Below, piece by piece: positions 41,806 to 54,427 of a stretch of DNA of 64,000 nucleotides. Position numbers and translations under genes: made by a program. Below the pieces are notes generated by a model, which worked only from the letters and a program-made list of their open reading frames with translations, was not told the origin of the DNA and did no database searches. Numbering within the stretch: position 1 is the stretch's first letter; every line of letters begins with the position of its first letter. The stretch is from the human T2T-CHM13v2.0 reference genome, Homo sapiens. Location: assembly GCF_009914755.1 (NCBI RefSeq), contig NC_060930.1; one strand, given 5' to 3'.

Positions 41806-43828
41806 TCACCCAGGCTTTTTACAAGGGGCCTGAGGACTTCCCTGCCAACCCTGTCTGGGATGGTGAAAGTATGTGACACTGGGGGACCTGAGTGCAGGAT
41901 TGCCCAGTCCAACTTCACCCACCCCTCCGAGAAAGAGTGTGAAATCTATGTCCCTGAAGGGTCCAAGTTTCAATCCACTGCCTAGGACACGTGAGCACTT
42001 CCAGAGAACACAGGTCAAACATAAATCCTACCACTACTACCACAGCTGTCTTTTACCTCTAAGCACCACGTACTGGCCTGGAGGCCAGCCCACATAGCAC
42101 ATTGCAGCAACTGCTAAAATAGCACAGTGCTCAGGATTGACAAAAGCTTCTGTGACTACCGCTACCCCGATCTCCCTGCTACCCTGGCTGCCCAGAAGGT
42201 CATGAGCCCAATCACCCACCCACGTAGTTGTACATGACAACTACAACTAGTATTTGAGAAAACCAGGACACTAAAGTACTTATAGCCAAGGAAATCATAG
42301 AGTCTTTGTCACTGCAAATATCCAGAAGCAAAATCAAATGACCCTATCCAATATTCATCATCATCATATCTTCAAGAAAAAAGTTCTCCCCCAATGAAAG
42401 TAAATTCAAAAATAAGAAGTGACTGTTGGTTGAGATATGCAGAAATCAACATGAAAATATAGAAAGCATGAAAAAGCAGGGTACTAAGACACCCTCGAAT
42501 GAACATAATAATTCTGCAAAAATAGATTCTAGCCAAAAAGAAATTCTTGAGATGCCAGATAAATAATTCAAAATATTTATTCTAAAGAAGTTCAATGACA
42601 CCCAAGAAAAATATGAAAACCAACACAAAGAAATCAGAAAATGAAGTCAGGATATGAATGAGAAATTTAATAAGGGAATAGGTATCTTAAAAAACAAACA
42701 CATGAACAACAGAAATTCTCAAACTGAAAAATTAATTGAAGACATTATAAAATACATTTAAAAATTTCTGTAATAGACCAGGCCAACCAGAAGAAAGAAT
42801 CTCAGAATTTGAAGACAGACCTTTTAAAATAGTCTATTCAGACAAATATAACAACAAAAAATAAAAATAATAAACATGGCCTTCTAGATGTTTGGAATTA
42901 CATAAAGCAGCTGAATTTGCAAATTATAGGTAATCCTAAGAAGGAACAAATGTCAAAAAAACTTAAAAAACTTATTTAAGAAAATAATTGATGAAAACTT
43001 CCCAAATCTAGCAAGAGATATAGACACCCGCATACATGAGGTCCAGTGATCTTTGGTAAATACATTGCAAAAAGGATTTCACCATGACACATTATTATCA
43101 GAATGTCTAAGGCCAAAATGAAGAAAAAATAAATAAATCAGCGAGAAAAATATCTAGTCACCTATAAAGAAAACTGTATCAGACAAACAGTGGAGTGCTC
43201 AGGAGAAAACTTAAGAGGGCAAAGAAAATGGGAGGGTACTTTCAAATTGCTGGAAGAAATAAAAGCCAAGTATTTTATATCCAGCAAAATTAAGCTTTAT
43301 AAATAAAGGAGAAATAAAATATTTCACACAGAAGCAAATGCTGAGTGAATTGTCACCACTAGACTGTCTCTAAAAGAAATGTTCAAAGGAGTCCTAAATA
43401 GGAAAACAAAAGTTCAATATTCATCATCATGAAACCACAGAAAATAATATAAATCACAGGGCTTATAAAAAAAATCACACAAATAAGGAAGAAAAAGAAA
43501 TCAAGTGTCAACATGACAGAATTTCACCAAACCAGAAAGTCAAACAGAGAAAAAGAAAGAAATAACTTATAAAACAACTAGAAAACAATTAATAATATGA
43601 CCGGAACAAAACCTCACATATTAATATTAATCCTGTATTTAAATAGATTAAATGTTCCACTTAAAAGGTATAGATTGGCAGAATGAATTTTAAAAAGCAT
43701 GATCCAACTATATGCTACTTAGAAGCAACTACCTTATGTGTAAAATACACACACAGACAAAGTAAAAGAGTGGAAAAAGATATTCATTGCAAATGAATCA
43801 CTGCAAAACCAACAGCTAATAGGAGTAA

Positions 43829-44173
43829 TGATATGGTTTGGCTCTGTGTCCCCACCCAAATATCACCATGAATTTTAATAATCCCCACATGTCAAGGGTG
43901 AGACCAGGTGGAGAAAACTGAATGATGGGAGGTGGTTTTCTCCATGCTGTTCTTGTGATAGTGAGTTCACATGCAATCTGATGGTTTTATAAGGAGCTTC
44001 CCACTTTAGTCAGCATTCATTCTCTCTCCTGCTGCCCTGCGAAGTGGTGCCTTCTGCCATGATTGTAAGTTTCCTGAGTCCTCCTCAGCAATGCAGAACT
44101 GTGAGTCAATTAAACCTCTTTCCTTTATCACCTGGTTATGTCTTTATTAGCAACATGAGAATGAACTAATACA
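43829..44173 (+). mobile_element. THE1 (MaLR) solo LTR
   Basis: tgatatggtttggctctgtgtccccacccaaa...gaactaataca; degenerate TSD agtaa/agtgg. Confidence 0.93.
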
Positions 44174-44250
44174 AGTGGCTATATTTATATCAGATAAATC
44201 AAACTTTAAGTTACAAATATTTTTAAAAGACAAAAAAGGTTATTATATAT

Positions 44251-44546
44251 CTTTCATTGATTGATTGATTGAGTCAGGGTCTTGTTCTGTCACCCCAGCT
44301 AGAGTGCAGTAGCATGATCATGGCTCACTGCAGTCTCGACCTCCTGGGCTCAAGTAATCCTCCCACTTCAGCCTCCTGAGTAGCTGTTAATACAGGCCTC
44401 CACCACTACACCCAGCTGATTTTGGTAATTTTTTTAGAGATGGCATTCTGCCATGTTGCCCAGGCTGGTCTCAAACTCCTAGGGTCAGGCAATCCACCTG
44501 CCTCCCAAAGTGCTAGGATTATAAGCATGAGCCACTATGCCTGGCC
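44251..44546 (-). mobile_element. AluJ with (TCAA)n tail
   Basis: atcatggctcactgcag...ctcctgggctcaag (AluJ-type); TSD ttattatata. Confidence 0.9.
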
Positions 44547-44809
44547 ATTTATTATATACCAATAAAGAAATCAAATCAGCAAGAGAATATAAAAATTGTA
44601 AATATATATGCACCCAACACTGGAGCACCTGGATTCATAAAACAAATATAACTAGAACTAAAGAAATAGACAACAATACAATAACAGTGGGGGACTACAA
44701 CACTCCCACTCACAGCAATAGACAGATCATCAACACAGAAAATCAACCAAGAAACATTAGACTTAAATTGAACTTTAGACCAAATGAACCTAACATTTGC
44801 TAACATTCA

Positions 44810-45159
44810 ATTTTATTATAATTCCACATCACCAAACTAGAACTAAGTTGTTTATCTAATCTTTTGAGAAATCAGGAGAGAGATAACAGCTACATCCCAA
44901 ACAGGCCAGCTCTAGCCTCCATTAAGAAAGTCCTCTCTGCTTAAACCTCTACAAAGAAAGTAACCTGATATTTACCAGTTGGCCTCTGTTCCGTTTCAGC
45001 TTTCTTCAGTCTTTTTCTGCCTATATGTCAGACTCTTCTGCTTACCTCATTGGAGTACCTTTTCTAAGCCCTTAGATGAGATGTTCCCTGATTCATAAAC
45101 TGCTGATAAAAGCCAATTCAATCGTTAAGCTAAATTTATTGAAATTTTGTCTTTTGACA
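44810..45159 (+). mobile_element. ERV1 LTR fragment, MER34-like
   Basis: gagaaatcaggagagagataacagc...aaagccaatt...ttttgtcttttgaca end. Confidence 0.65.
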
Positions 45160-48100
45160 TTTCAATTGGTAATTATAGAAAAAAAATTGATGTGGCATCA
45201 GGTGGCTTGGGCTTTCAAGTTATATCATTGGCAAAGTTCTGCTTTATTTCAAGTAGGTCACCTTATTTGCCAAGTTTTATTGACTGCTGTCTTAACATCC
45301 ACCTCTTAACACACATGAAAAACATAAAACCTAAAAGTAGGTAAGTCCTGTATCAACCCCATCTTGTGACTGTACAACCTCATTAATATTCTAATTCATC
45401 CTGAGTGACCTTCAGGAACTAAGACTCCATAGGATATTCTCTGAAAAAGGATGCAAGATTAGCACTGATTCTGTATTAAAATGGCAGCGAGATCCAAACA
45501 CCCAAGAAGGACACAAGTAATATTCCTGCATGATTGACATCATACTGGGCATTGTTTATATATGTACTTCTCAAAATTTATTAACATCTAACGTTGAGTA
45601 TTCACATTTTGGAGAAAATGACTAGATAAACCAATGGATCATCTTTGCATTTCATAAAGCTTCTTCCCTTTGTAAACTGAGTCACTGAAATTTGATCAAA
45701 TGATAATTCTTCCGGCATATGAGTAGTTTTTGAAATAAATAATTTGATAATCAATTAAGAAAAACTTTAAGGTCATGTGTGTGGAGGTATTATTTAACTG
45801 AGGGGTAATAAAATGGGGGGAAGCATTTTGGAAATTATAGGGTAAATCAATAAAAATTATTCAATTTAAAATGTTATCTATAGGAAAAAAGAAAAAGGAA
45901 GGGAGAGAGGGAAGAGGACATTAATGAGATTCGATACGAACTCTTAGATGTATGAGTTTTACAACAGAAGTTGCAAGATCCTTAACCTTAGACAAAGCCC
46001 TGTATTGGGCTGTATCCTATCTCCAGGTATGTCATAGATTTCAGAGACTTCTTGGCTCCCCTATAAACTTGAACATGTTAAATCCAATGTGTCTAAGAAA
46101 ACACACTCTAAATTCCAAACAAATGCCTCACAAATAAATGTTTAAAGCACTATTCACTCCTAATTGATAAATGTGTTTATTACTTTTCTTGAAGAAAAAG
46201 GGTTTGTTAGCTTTTATCTTCTTTCATCTTAATGAGGTTAAACTGGCTTATTTTTTATTACATAAATCAGAATTTAACAAAATTTAAGTGTGATCTTATC
46301 AAACATTATTCTATTACTATTTTATAAATCTCAATATTTCTGGTATGTAGCTGTCTAATCTTAATAACATGACAACATAGCAGCAAAAGTTCTTCTAGTT
46401 TTAAACTCCAGTGTTTTATTGTGACAAATTAAGAAAAAATCCTATCAAGATAAGTCTTTATAGCCAAGTTTAAGCAGGTCATGTTTATGGAGGTATAGAC
46501 CCCAGCACAAATCATTAAATCACCTCTTCTATATGCTTAATATCTTTATGCAGATTAAATCTGAAAATTTTGTTATAGTGAATGATTTAACCAATAGTTA
46601 GTAAAAACAGACATTAAGAACAGCAGTTGGTTTGCAGGTAGATGCTTTGAGGAAAGAGGTATGCAGAAGACCAAAGACAGCTGAGGCAGGCCTAGGGAGC
46701 AGGTTGCATGCTGATACTAATTGTATTTTACATATTGACACTAATTATATTTCAGCTACCAGCTGCTAGCTGCCTTTTTCCCCCTCCCCTCATAGATCCT
46801 GAGGGTCTGTGGGCAATTGCATCAATTTGCCTTTCTAGGAGGACAATCCTGCATAAAATTAAAGTCTCAAATTATCAAGAAAATGAACAATTTCTAACTG
46901 AAAATGATATGTATCTTCAGCAAATATCTATAAACTAATCCAACCTTTGACATTTTTAACTGAAATTGTATGAAGAACTGACCACAAGACAGACTTACAG
47001 CTTTATCCACCCCATGCAAAACATGTTGAAAAGTGCCTGATATTGTCAATGGTTATCTGGTTGTTATATTAGGTGTAATTAAAACTCAGAGCTGATGTAA
47101 CTGGCTGTTTTCACATTGTGTAAACATAGAGGAAGGGGACATAATCCCAATGACTCCCCTCTGGAATGTTTTATGGTAAGTGTTTCTTCTTATGATAATA
47201 TATTATTTTCCCGCTGGGAACATTACCTACATCTCCTGTCAGTAGTTGTTCTCTTTTAAGCTTTATTTTCCTTATTTTACACTGCCAAAACAGTCTTTTA
47301 AATGCTTTGGTGAATAATGAATTCTGAATAATGGGTCCTGAGTAACTGTAGATTTTCCACTTGCTATTTTTAAATTAATTACTTTGAAAGCAAAGTAACT
47401 TTAAAGATTGCTTTATAATTTTCAAAAAAAAATAAAATTATTATGGTTTGATTTCTCTTTCTGCTTCTTTGTCAGTAGCATTACTGCAGTTCAGAGCAAA
47501 ACATGAGTGTGAAGAAATGAAACAACTCTTTGGTGGTTGTGAATGAAAATGTCATCATTAGAATTAGTCTGGTGACAGCATTGCTATTTTTTAGCATCTT
47601 TAGAGCTTCTTTCCTCCTAAATCTCTTCACTCTGAAAACATATACTTTACTCATTCTTTAATACCTAGCATTTGGCACTTAAAACATTTCCAGAGGCATC
47701 ACAGGTACTCTGTAAGTGTTCATTAAATAAATGAATGGCACTGCAGATGTATACTTTTGAAGGTTGTTATATATCTTCCAATCCATCAGTGTGACCTTGG
47801 AGAAATCTCAAAAACAGGAGGATAGTTCATGTAACAATTAGTTAATGGGTTCTTGGCTGAATGACTGATCTTCATGTACCTGCTTTTGGGGAACTATTTG
47901 TGATACTGGCTTAATGGTCCTTCATACAAAGACTCTCTCATCTTCAGATGTCTATCTCCTAACAAATATAAAACATAAAATAATTTATTAATTCCTTTAG
48001 AGGCTTATTCTTGATTCAGGATCCATAATCACTGAAACACATTAAAAAGTATCCAGACACAAATAACTTTGCTTGGGGGGAAAAGGGTTGTGTCAGGACT

Positions 48101-48218
48101 TGATTCGTGGTTGTTTTAGAAATACTATTAGAGTAAAGTTTATCAAAAATGATAGGACCAAGACAGGTCTGAAAAACAAAATAAAAATGTTTCCATTTAT
48201 CTGGATTGTCCTTTTGGT

Positions 48219-48455
48219 AGTGTTGTCTGTGAGAAAGAACACAAATTTGAACTGTGCAGGTCAGTGTGAATGCTGATTACTTTCAAACAAACGTGGATGG
48301 AAAATACAGTATTCATGGAAGGTGAAACCTGCACATACAGAGGTCAGACTTTTCATACCCGCAGGTTCTGTGACTGCAGGACTTGCCTACGTACATATTC
48401 TGTTATACATGTGAGGTGCTGAAACCAATGCCCCCAGCATATCAAGGGATGACTG
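48219..48455 (-). mobile_element. MER8-like Tigger MITE
   Basis: tttgaactgtgcaggtc...gaaaatacagtattc...agggatgactg|ta. Confidence 0.75.
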
Positions 48456-49986
48456 TATTTTATTACACATAGGAAGAGTAAGTATGACCTCAAGAAAATT
48501 TTCTTTCAGTTTGCAGGCATGTGCACTGAATTGAAAGATAAATGCTATATATCTTACTGTGGGTAACAGTTAATAAGTATTTGGATGCTTCTACATCAAC
48601 ATATTTGAAATATGGATGCCACAGTGTATTGGGCAGGACAGTATAAAGGTACTCATATCTGAAATCAGAGAAGAAGATGTTAAAGAAAAAAGCAATCAGC
48701 TTACCAAACACGATGTTACCCTGTCTTTCTGCCTTGAGCAGTTCTATTAAGATAGTGTAGGAGAAGTGATAAGTGGTTGAGAGTGGGCAGGGACAGAGAG
48801 AGACTGATGGAATTATAATACCGTTGAAAGTTAACTGATAAAGTAAGCTAGTACAAACACCTTATTTCATAGACAAGGAAAATAAGTCTGAGGCACTATA
48901 ACTTAAACAGTTAATACACTGATTTTTAAATCTAGTTTACATTCCTTCAACTAAAATGAAACTATTGCTTGGGAGGGGATAAGTAGGGGGTGGAGTAAAG
49001 AGAACTACATGAGATTGGAATCTGGCAAAGCAAGAGATCATTACAGTGGATTGGGAAGACAAAGCCGCCCCCAATTCTAGGTCCAGCTCTGTCATATACA
49101 TAGTGAGAAGCTTGGACTAGCAGATTTTTACAATGATGCTTCTCAGTCTGCCTTTAATTTCTATGAACGAAAAGTTTTTCTTAACATTTCATTCAAAGAT
49201 ATTTTTATCTTTAATTTATACTTGCTATATTTCTCTTTTTGTTCCCTAATCCTGGAGGCAGAGGGAGTTTATGGACTCTTCATAAATTCCTATTATTTTG
49301 AAATCAAAATAGAATTAAAAGGTATGGGCAATCTTGGCATTATCTTTGCTACTGAAATAAATGGACTATGTTCATAAGTGGGAGAGAATCAATCAAAATT
49401 ATTCTTTTGTAGTAGACCAGGCCATTTTTGTCAATAAAAGCTCTCAGACAGGCAACCATCTGCAGATTTCTTTCTCCTGTTATCTAAAGTTTTTTGTGTG
49501 TGATTGTCTGTAGTTCTTGAAGTCCTGAACCAGTGCTTCATTTAAGCTCTTCCTTTTACCCTACAGGCACAAGGCAGCTGGACCTTGGACAGGTAAAGTT
49601 CCCACTGAAGTCAATTGGAGTTTTGACTGCCTGAGGGCTGCAGCATCGGGGCCCCAAGTCATCTATTATAAATATTTTTGACACATCAGATTCATGTACA
49701 TTCAACTCCAGCTGAAAAGGTAAAAAGGTACAGATTCTTACCAGTTATTTCACGCCTTGAAGGAAAACTCTGCTTAAATGATATTCTTTCCTCACCTCAG
49801 ATTCTCTTGGGAGTTATAATGGTCACCAAAGACCCTTTCTACAAACTGGAGAGAAATGCAGTATATCTTAGTAAAAAGAAATTGTTTTTCTGCTCAGGCA
49901 GTGTGTAGTAGACCAAGCAAATTTCAGCTCTTTACCATTTATTACTTAGTTTACAAGAATGTTTCATATAAATAGTAGATAGATAT

Positions 49987-50052
49987 TGTGTGCGTGTGTG
50001 TGTGTGTATATATATATATATGTATACACACACACACACACACACACACACA
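49987..50052. repeat. (TG)n(TA)n(CA)n self-complementary microsatellite
   Basis: Directly visible. Confidence 0.95.
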
Positions 50053-50611
50053 TTTTTGGCAATACAATGACAAAAGCTTTCTGCATGCCTTGATGATTTA
50101 CAGAAGAAGAATGATAAATAAAAGAACAAAAGAAAAGTACAAAACTTAAAACTGCACAAGAGTTTGTCTTGTTTTTTTTAATTGAGTTTTTTATTGCCTG
50201 GAACTTTCCTTCCTTTTTGAACTTTTGAAGAAGTTAATGCACAAATGATTTTTCAAACTATATAATTTTTTATTTAAGCCTTTGATAGAGGGGAAATTCC
50301 TTAGTGGTTCTGTCTATTTTGTATTACAATTTATATCACAAAACATCAGGAATTGTTTGGGGCCAAAGAAATACCTACATATTGATTCCAGTGGTAAGGA
50401 TAATTGTACTCCTAAATTAATATGAATTAATGCTTTGTATATTTTTAAATTTTCTTTAGTGACAATTTTATTATAACTAATGGAATTCTCTAAAAATTTC
50501 ATTCCATATATTTGTTTTTTATTGATTAGTATTCCCTATTTATGTAATTCAAAATGACAGGAATATCACATTACCATATTATTTAAATAAGTAAATAAGA
50601 GTATTTGCCTT

Positions 50612-50993
50612 TTAAATAGTTAAAAAATATTTTCACAGGATAGAAAGATATATAGTCAGACTTTAGTGCAGGGAGCAAATTTTACTCTTTACAATTTATC
50701 ACGCCCCCACACCTTGCAAAAAATATTTCAGGTAAGGAATATTATTTTGTACATATATATATTTTTTCAAATATTATATACATATATGTGTACTATCTGG
50801 AGACTACATAAACATAGATATAGATATATAGATGTAGGTATACTGTGTATGTGAATATATATCTATATATATACACACACACGCATATATATGTATATAT
50901 ATGTATGTTTGAAGTATTAAATACTTAAAAAATATTTTCACAGGATAGAAAGACATATAGTCAGACTTTAGTGCAGGGAGAAAATTTTACTCT
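50612..50993 (+). repeat. 77-bp direct repeat pair (50612-50688 and 50917-50993)
   Basis: Aligned by eye: 3 mismatches, 305-bp offset. Confidence 0.95.
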
Positions 50994-51020
50994 CTCTCTC
51001 CATACATATTTTACTCTCTC

Positions 51021-51285
51021 CATATATATACACATATGTATACGTATATACACATGTATATATGTATATGTATATACACATGTATACGTATATACTTATA
51101 TGTATATGTATATACACGTATGTATATACACGTGTGTATATACACGCATGTGTATGTATATACACGCATGTATATGTATGTGTATGTATATATACACATG
51201 TGTATATGTGTATATGTATATATACATATGTGTGTATATATACATATGTGTGTATATATGTATATGTATATATATATACATATAT
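51021..51285. repeat. Complex (TA/TG/CA)n microsatellite
   Basis: Directly visible. Confidence 0.95.
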
Positions 51286-51884
51286 GGAGAGAGACAGTCT
51301 CTCCAAAATGGAATGAATACTAAATTTTTAAAATTTATATTGTATTCTCATGGATGAAGTACAATTAGATACAATAAGAAAATGTTTATATTTTCTGCAT
51401 CCTAACTACATGATCCTGTGAGTGGCAGGAAACCAGAAATAATTCTGTTGCTATTTATAGTCAATGAGTCATGACAAATCTAAACAACCAAATCATTCAG
51501 TAGCATCAAATTTGACCATTCTAGGCTCTATCTACCAAAAGTCCAATTATTGGAGCAATTAAGTAAAAATGTGGCCAAACTAAATGCCTGGTACTGTGTA
51601 AACAGATCATTGGAATGAATAATTACATTTTTTAATTGAATTGACTTTTTTCATGGCAAGTTGACATAACATAGGTTGTCAAACATCATCTGGTTATTTT
51701 CTCCACATGATTTTAAGCTGCAATTCAAATTAAATAAATTTATTTAAATTGTTATTTAATTTAATGATTTTTTAAACTGAATATCTTGAGTAAACTTGTA
51801 CTATATATACAAAACTTGATACCAAACTTATGTGTATATTTGTACACCCACATATGTAATTATGATAAAATAATGGTTAAAAGG

Positions 51885-52040
51885 CTTATTTTGTACTGTT
51901 CAAGTCTATGTATTTAGTTCTCACAATAAATCTAAGAGATTAGTATTAGTATAATCCCCATTTTACACATGAGATCACTGAAGCAAAATAACACAGTTGT
52001 TTCTGAAGGGCTGTCTGACTCGAAGGCCCACGTGAACTAA
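51885..52040 (-). mobile_element. MIR
   Basis: tataatccccattttacacatgagatcactgaagca. Confidence 0.7.
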
Positions 52041-53469
52041 ATATGCTACAGCTGTTCATGTATAACCAAATATACAAAAGCAACCAATGTAGTTAGTCAA
52101 TATACTGAAAGAAGATACAAGTCAAATTTGTTGTTGGAACAAATTAATCAATCAATTCAATGAGAATAGTGTATCTCCTGGTTGTGTTTACAGTCAACAG
52201 TCTATTTCTCTTAATTCAACAAAATGACTCAACTTTGACTTTTCCTTTGTGTTCACTCTCTAAAATATTACAAAGAAAGTGGCAAATCCCAAATAGCTCA
52301 CTGTGGTACAAAGGGAAGCAAGGAAAGTCTATAGATTTTCCGAGTTCCATTCCCATTTCCTCTTTCAAGTTATATGGCTATAGCAAATATGAAGAAACAG
52401 CAATCATTCTTACAATTTTACTTCACCTTTAGCCACAAACACCCCAAATTTCCAAAAGCTATCTTCATAGAATTAGTATTAATTTCACACATTTTTAAAA
52501 TAATATTATCATTTTACAACAAATATTAGTTGACAGCAATCTCTATGTTCAAGCTTAGTCCGTACTCTGATGCTATACTGCAAATGTTCCAGTGGTTTAG
52601 CCGGGAGAACCTTGTGACACCCATATGAAAAACAAAACAAACAAAGCATTTTGCATTTAACAAGGAGATTTAGTTAACTATTTGTTATGGTTATAGAGGA
52701 TAGTACTTATTTTGATTTTCTTCTACCTGTTCCCATGGAAGAGACCAACTAGACCTTAATACATACGTCTGTAGACATAGTATAATGTCATCTATTAAAT
52801 CAACATGATAATTATGTAAAATAATAATAATTTTTGACATTTGCATTTTATATCATAATTTTAAGCATTTCCAAGCTTTTGCATTTTTTACTAAAAATGT
52901 TGATGCCATTTTTACCTATAAATTTGTATATACACACAAAAATCAAGCTAAATATTTGATTAAATTTGTAAGGTCATTCTGTATACTGGAGATGGAGTCA
53001 ATGCTGCAATTGTCTGCCTCTTCTTGTGAGTTAGTATTCTATTTCCTGCCAAAGTTAAAAAAAAAGATTAAGGAAACTAATAAAGGCTTAGCCTAATCTT
53101 AGTGGAAGTGTTCTTATTATTGTGTGGAAGAAATTTAAAAAAAAACAGAACAGTTCTAACTACATGACACAGTTATAGAAAGATGCAGAGGACTTGATCA
53201 ACTCAGGGAACAAGATCCTCAGGCAATTCAATTTCTTTGCCACTTTAACTTGAGAATGCTGACAAACTACACAGGTTTGAATGAAGCTGGATTGGAGAGA
53301 ACCATGATGGCCAAAGAAAAGACCTAATCCGGGAGCCTAGGACAAGTGAACTAACAATAAATAATCAGAGATGCAAAAACTAACAAGTTGTTGAAATGCT
53401 GAAATGTATTTTAACTTTGATCATGGCATAAGAGGAATCTGTACAATATGGTAGGTCTGAAAACAAACA

Positions 53470-53625
53470 GGCCCTTGAGCTAATTAAGTGAAATTTTGGG
53501 GGCCCATTTTTCTTATTTAAAAAATGAGGGGTTAATATTTGCAAGATTGCGATGCAGGTTAAATGAGAACCTTAGTATGTAATACATATATCTGACACAG
53601 GGAAAACATAACAAATAGTAATTAT
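53470..53625 (+). mobile_element. MIR
   Basis: ttttcttatttaaaaaatgagggg...ggttaaatgaga. Confidence 0.55.
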
Positions 53626-54395
53626 TCACATATCTTCAAATCTTCAAATTTAATAAAGATATGAAACCACTTGAAATAAGATGTTGTTTTAGCATATACA
53701 TATGAGAAATTGCCTGTTTCAGGTAAATACATATCTCCATAACTAATAGGTTTATCTGTTACAAAGAAATTATGCCAAGCTAAATTGTGCCATTGATCCA
53801 ATCAAAGTCTGCCCATTTCTTTTTTTTTTCCAGACATGTTTCTGTATATTTTGTTCTCTTGACAGATCACACATAAGACTCTGTACTTTCCTGTCTCAGC
53901 TATATTGACTTTTTTTTCAAATTCTTGCCTGAAAAACATTTGTAAATTTTATGAAAGACCCAAATAAATCAAATAACTCTCTTTTTCTTCAGAGATTGAT
54001 ATCCAACCTTCTAGTCTCGAGACCCACTTCGACATTTAACTTGTGAATAAAGTTGATAGTAAGAACACAAGGTCTCGCCCTTGAAAGAAAGTGACAGGCC
54101 TGGAAGTAGAAACCAGGTTCTTAGATTCCTAGCCCAAATAATGTACTTTCTACTACATCATACCTTATGTATCTCATAGAGTTAAAACCACTCAACAATT
54201 TCAATGTCTTGGAAATTTTATTATATTTCCCTGACTTGCATTTACTCTTGATGTATCCATCTTATGATCATTGTATTTTTTTACATTATACTTCTTTCTT
54301 TACTTACCACCATTTCCACTATTACCAAGTAGCCAAAAATATAAATTACTGTATTTAGGAGAAAAGTAAGTTATATTTTTCATGCATATCTATAC

Positions 54396-54423
<28 letters not shown>
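54396..54423. repeat. (CA)n microsatellite
   Basis: Directly visible. Confidence 0.95.

Positions 54424-54427
<4 letters not shown>

Larger units (their letters stand above)
40685..44806 (+). mobile_element. L1M1/L1M2-type element: 5' UTR, ORF1 (about 42440-43430), ORF2 start (43598); carries two Alus and a THE1 LTR
   Basis: gaaccaaaatag...aatcacactttgaa 5' end; gaaaacttcccaaatctagcaagaga; atgaccggaacaaaacctcacata; aatatatatgcacccaacactggagcacc. Confidence 0.85.

Noticed and set aside
50968-51357. Six overlapping ORFs of up to 128 aa
   Set aside because: Microsatellite readouts.
53810-54065. Cluster of acceptor-like pyrimidine tract + AG sites
   Set aside because: No convincing paired donor or reading frame; common in T-rich DNA.
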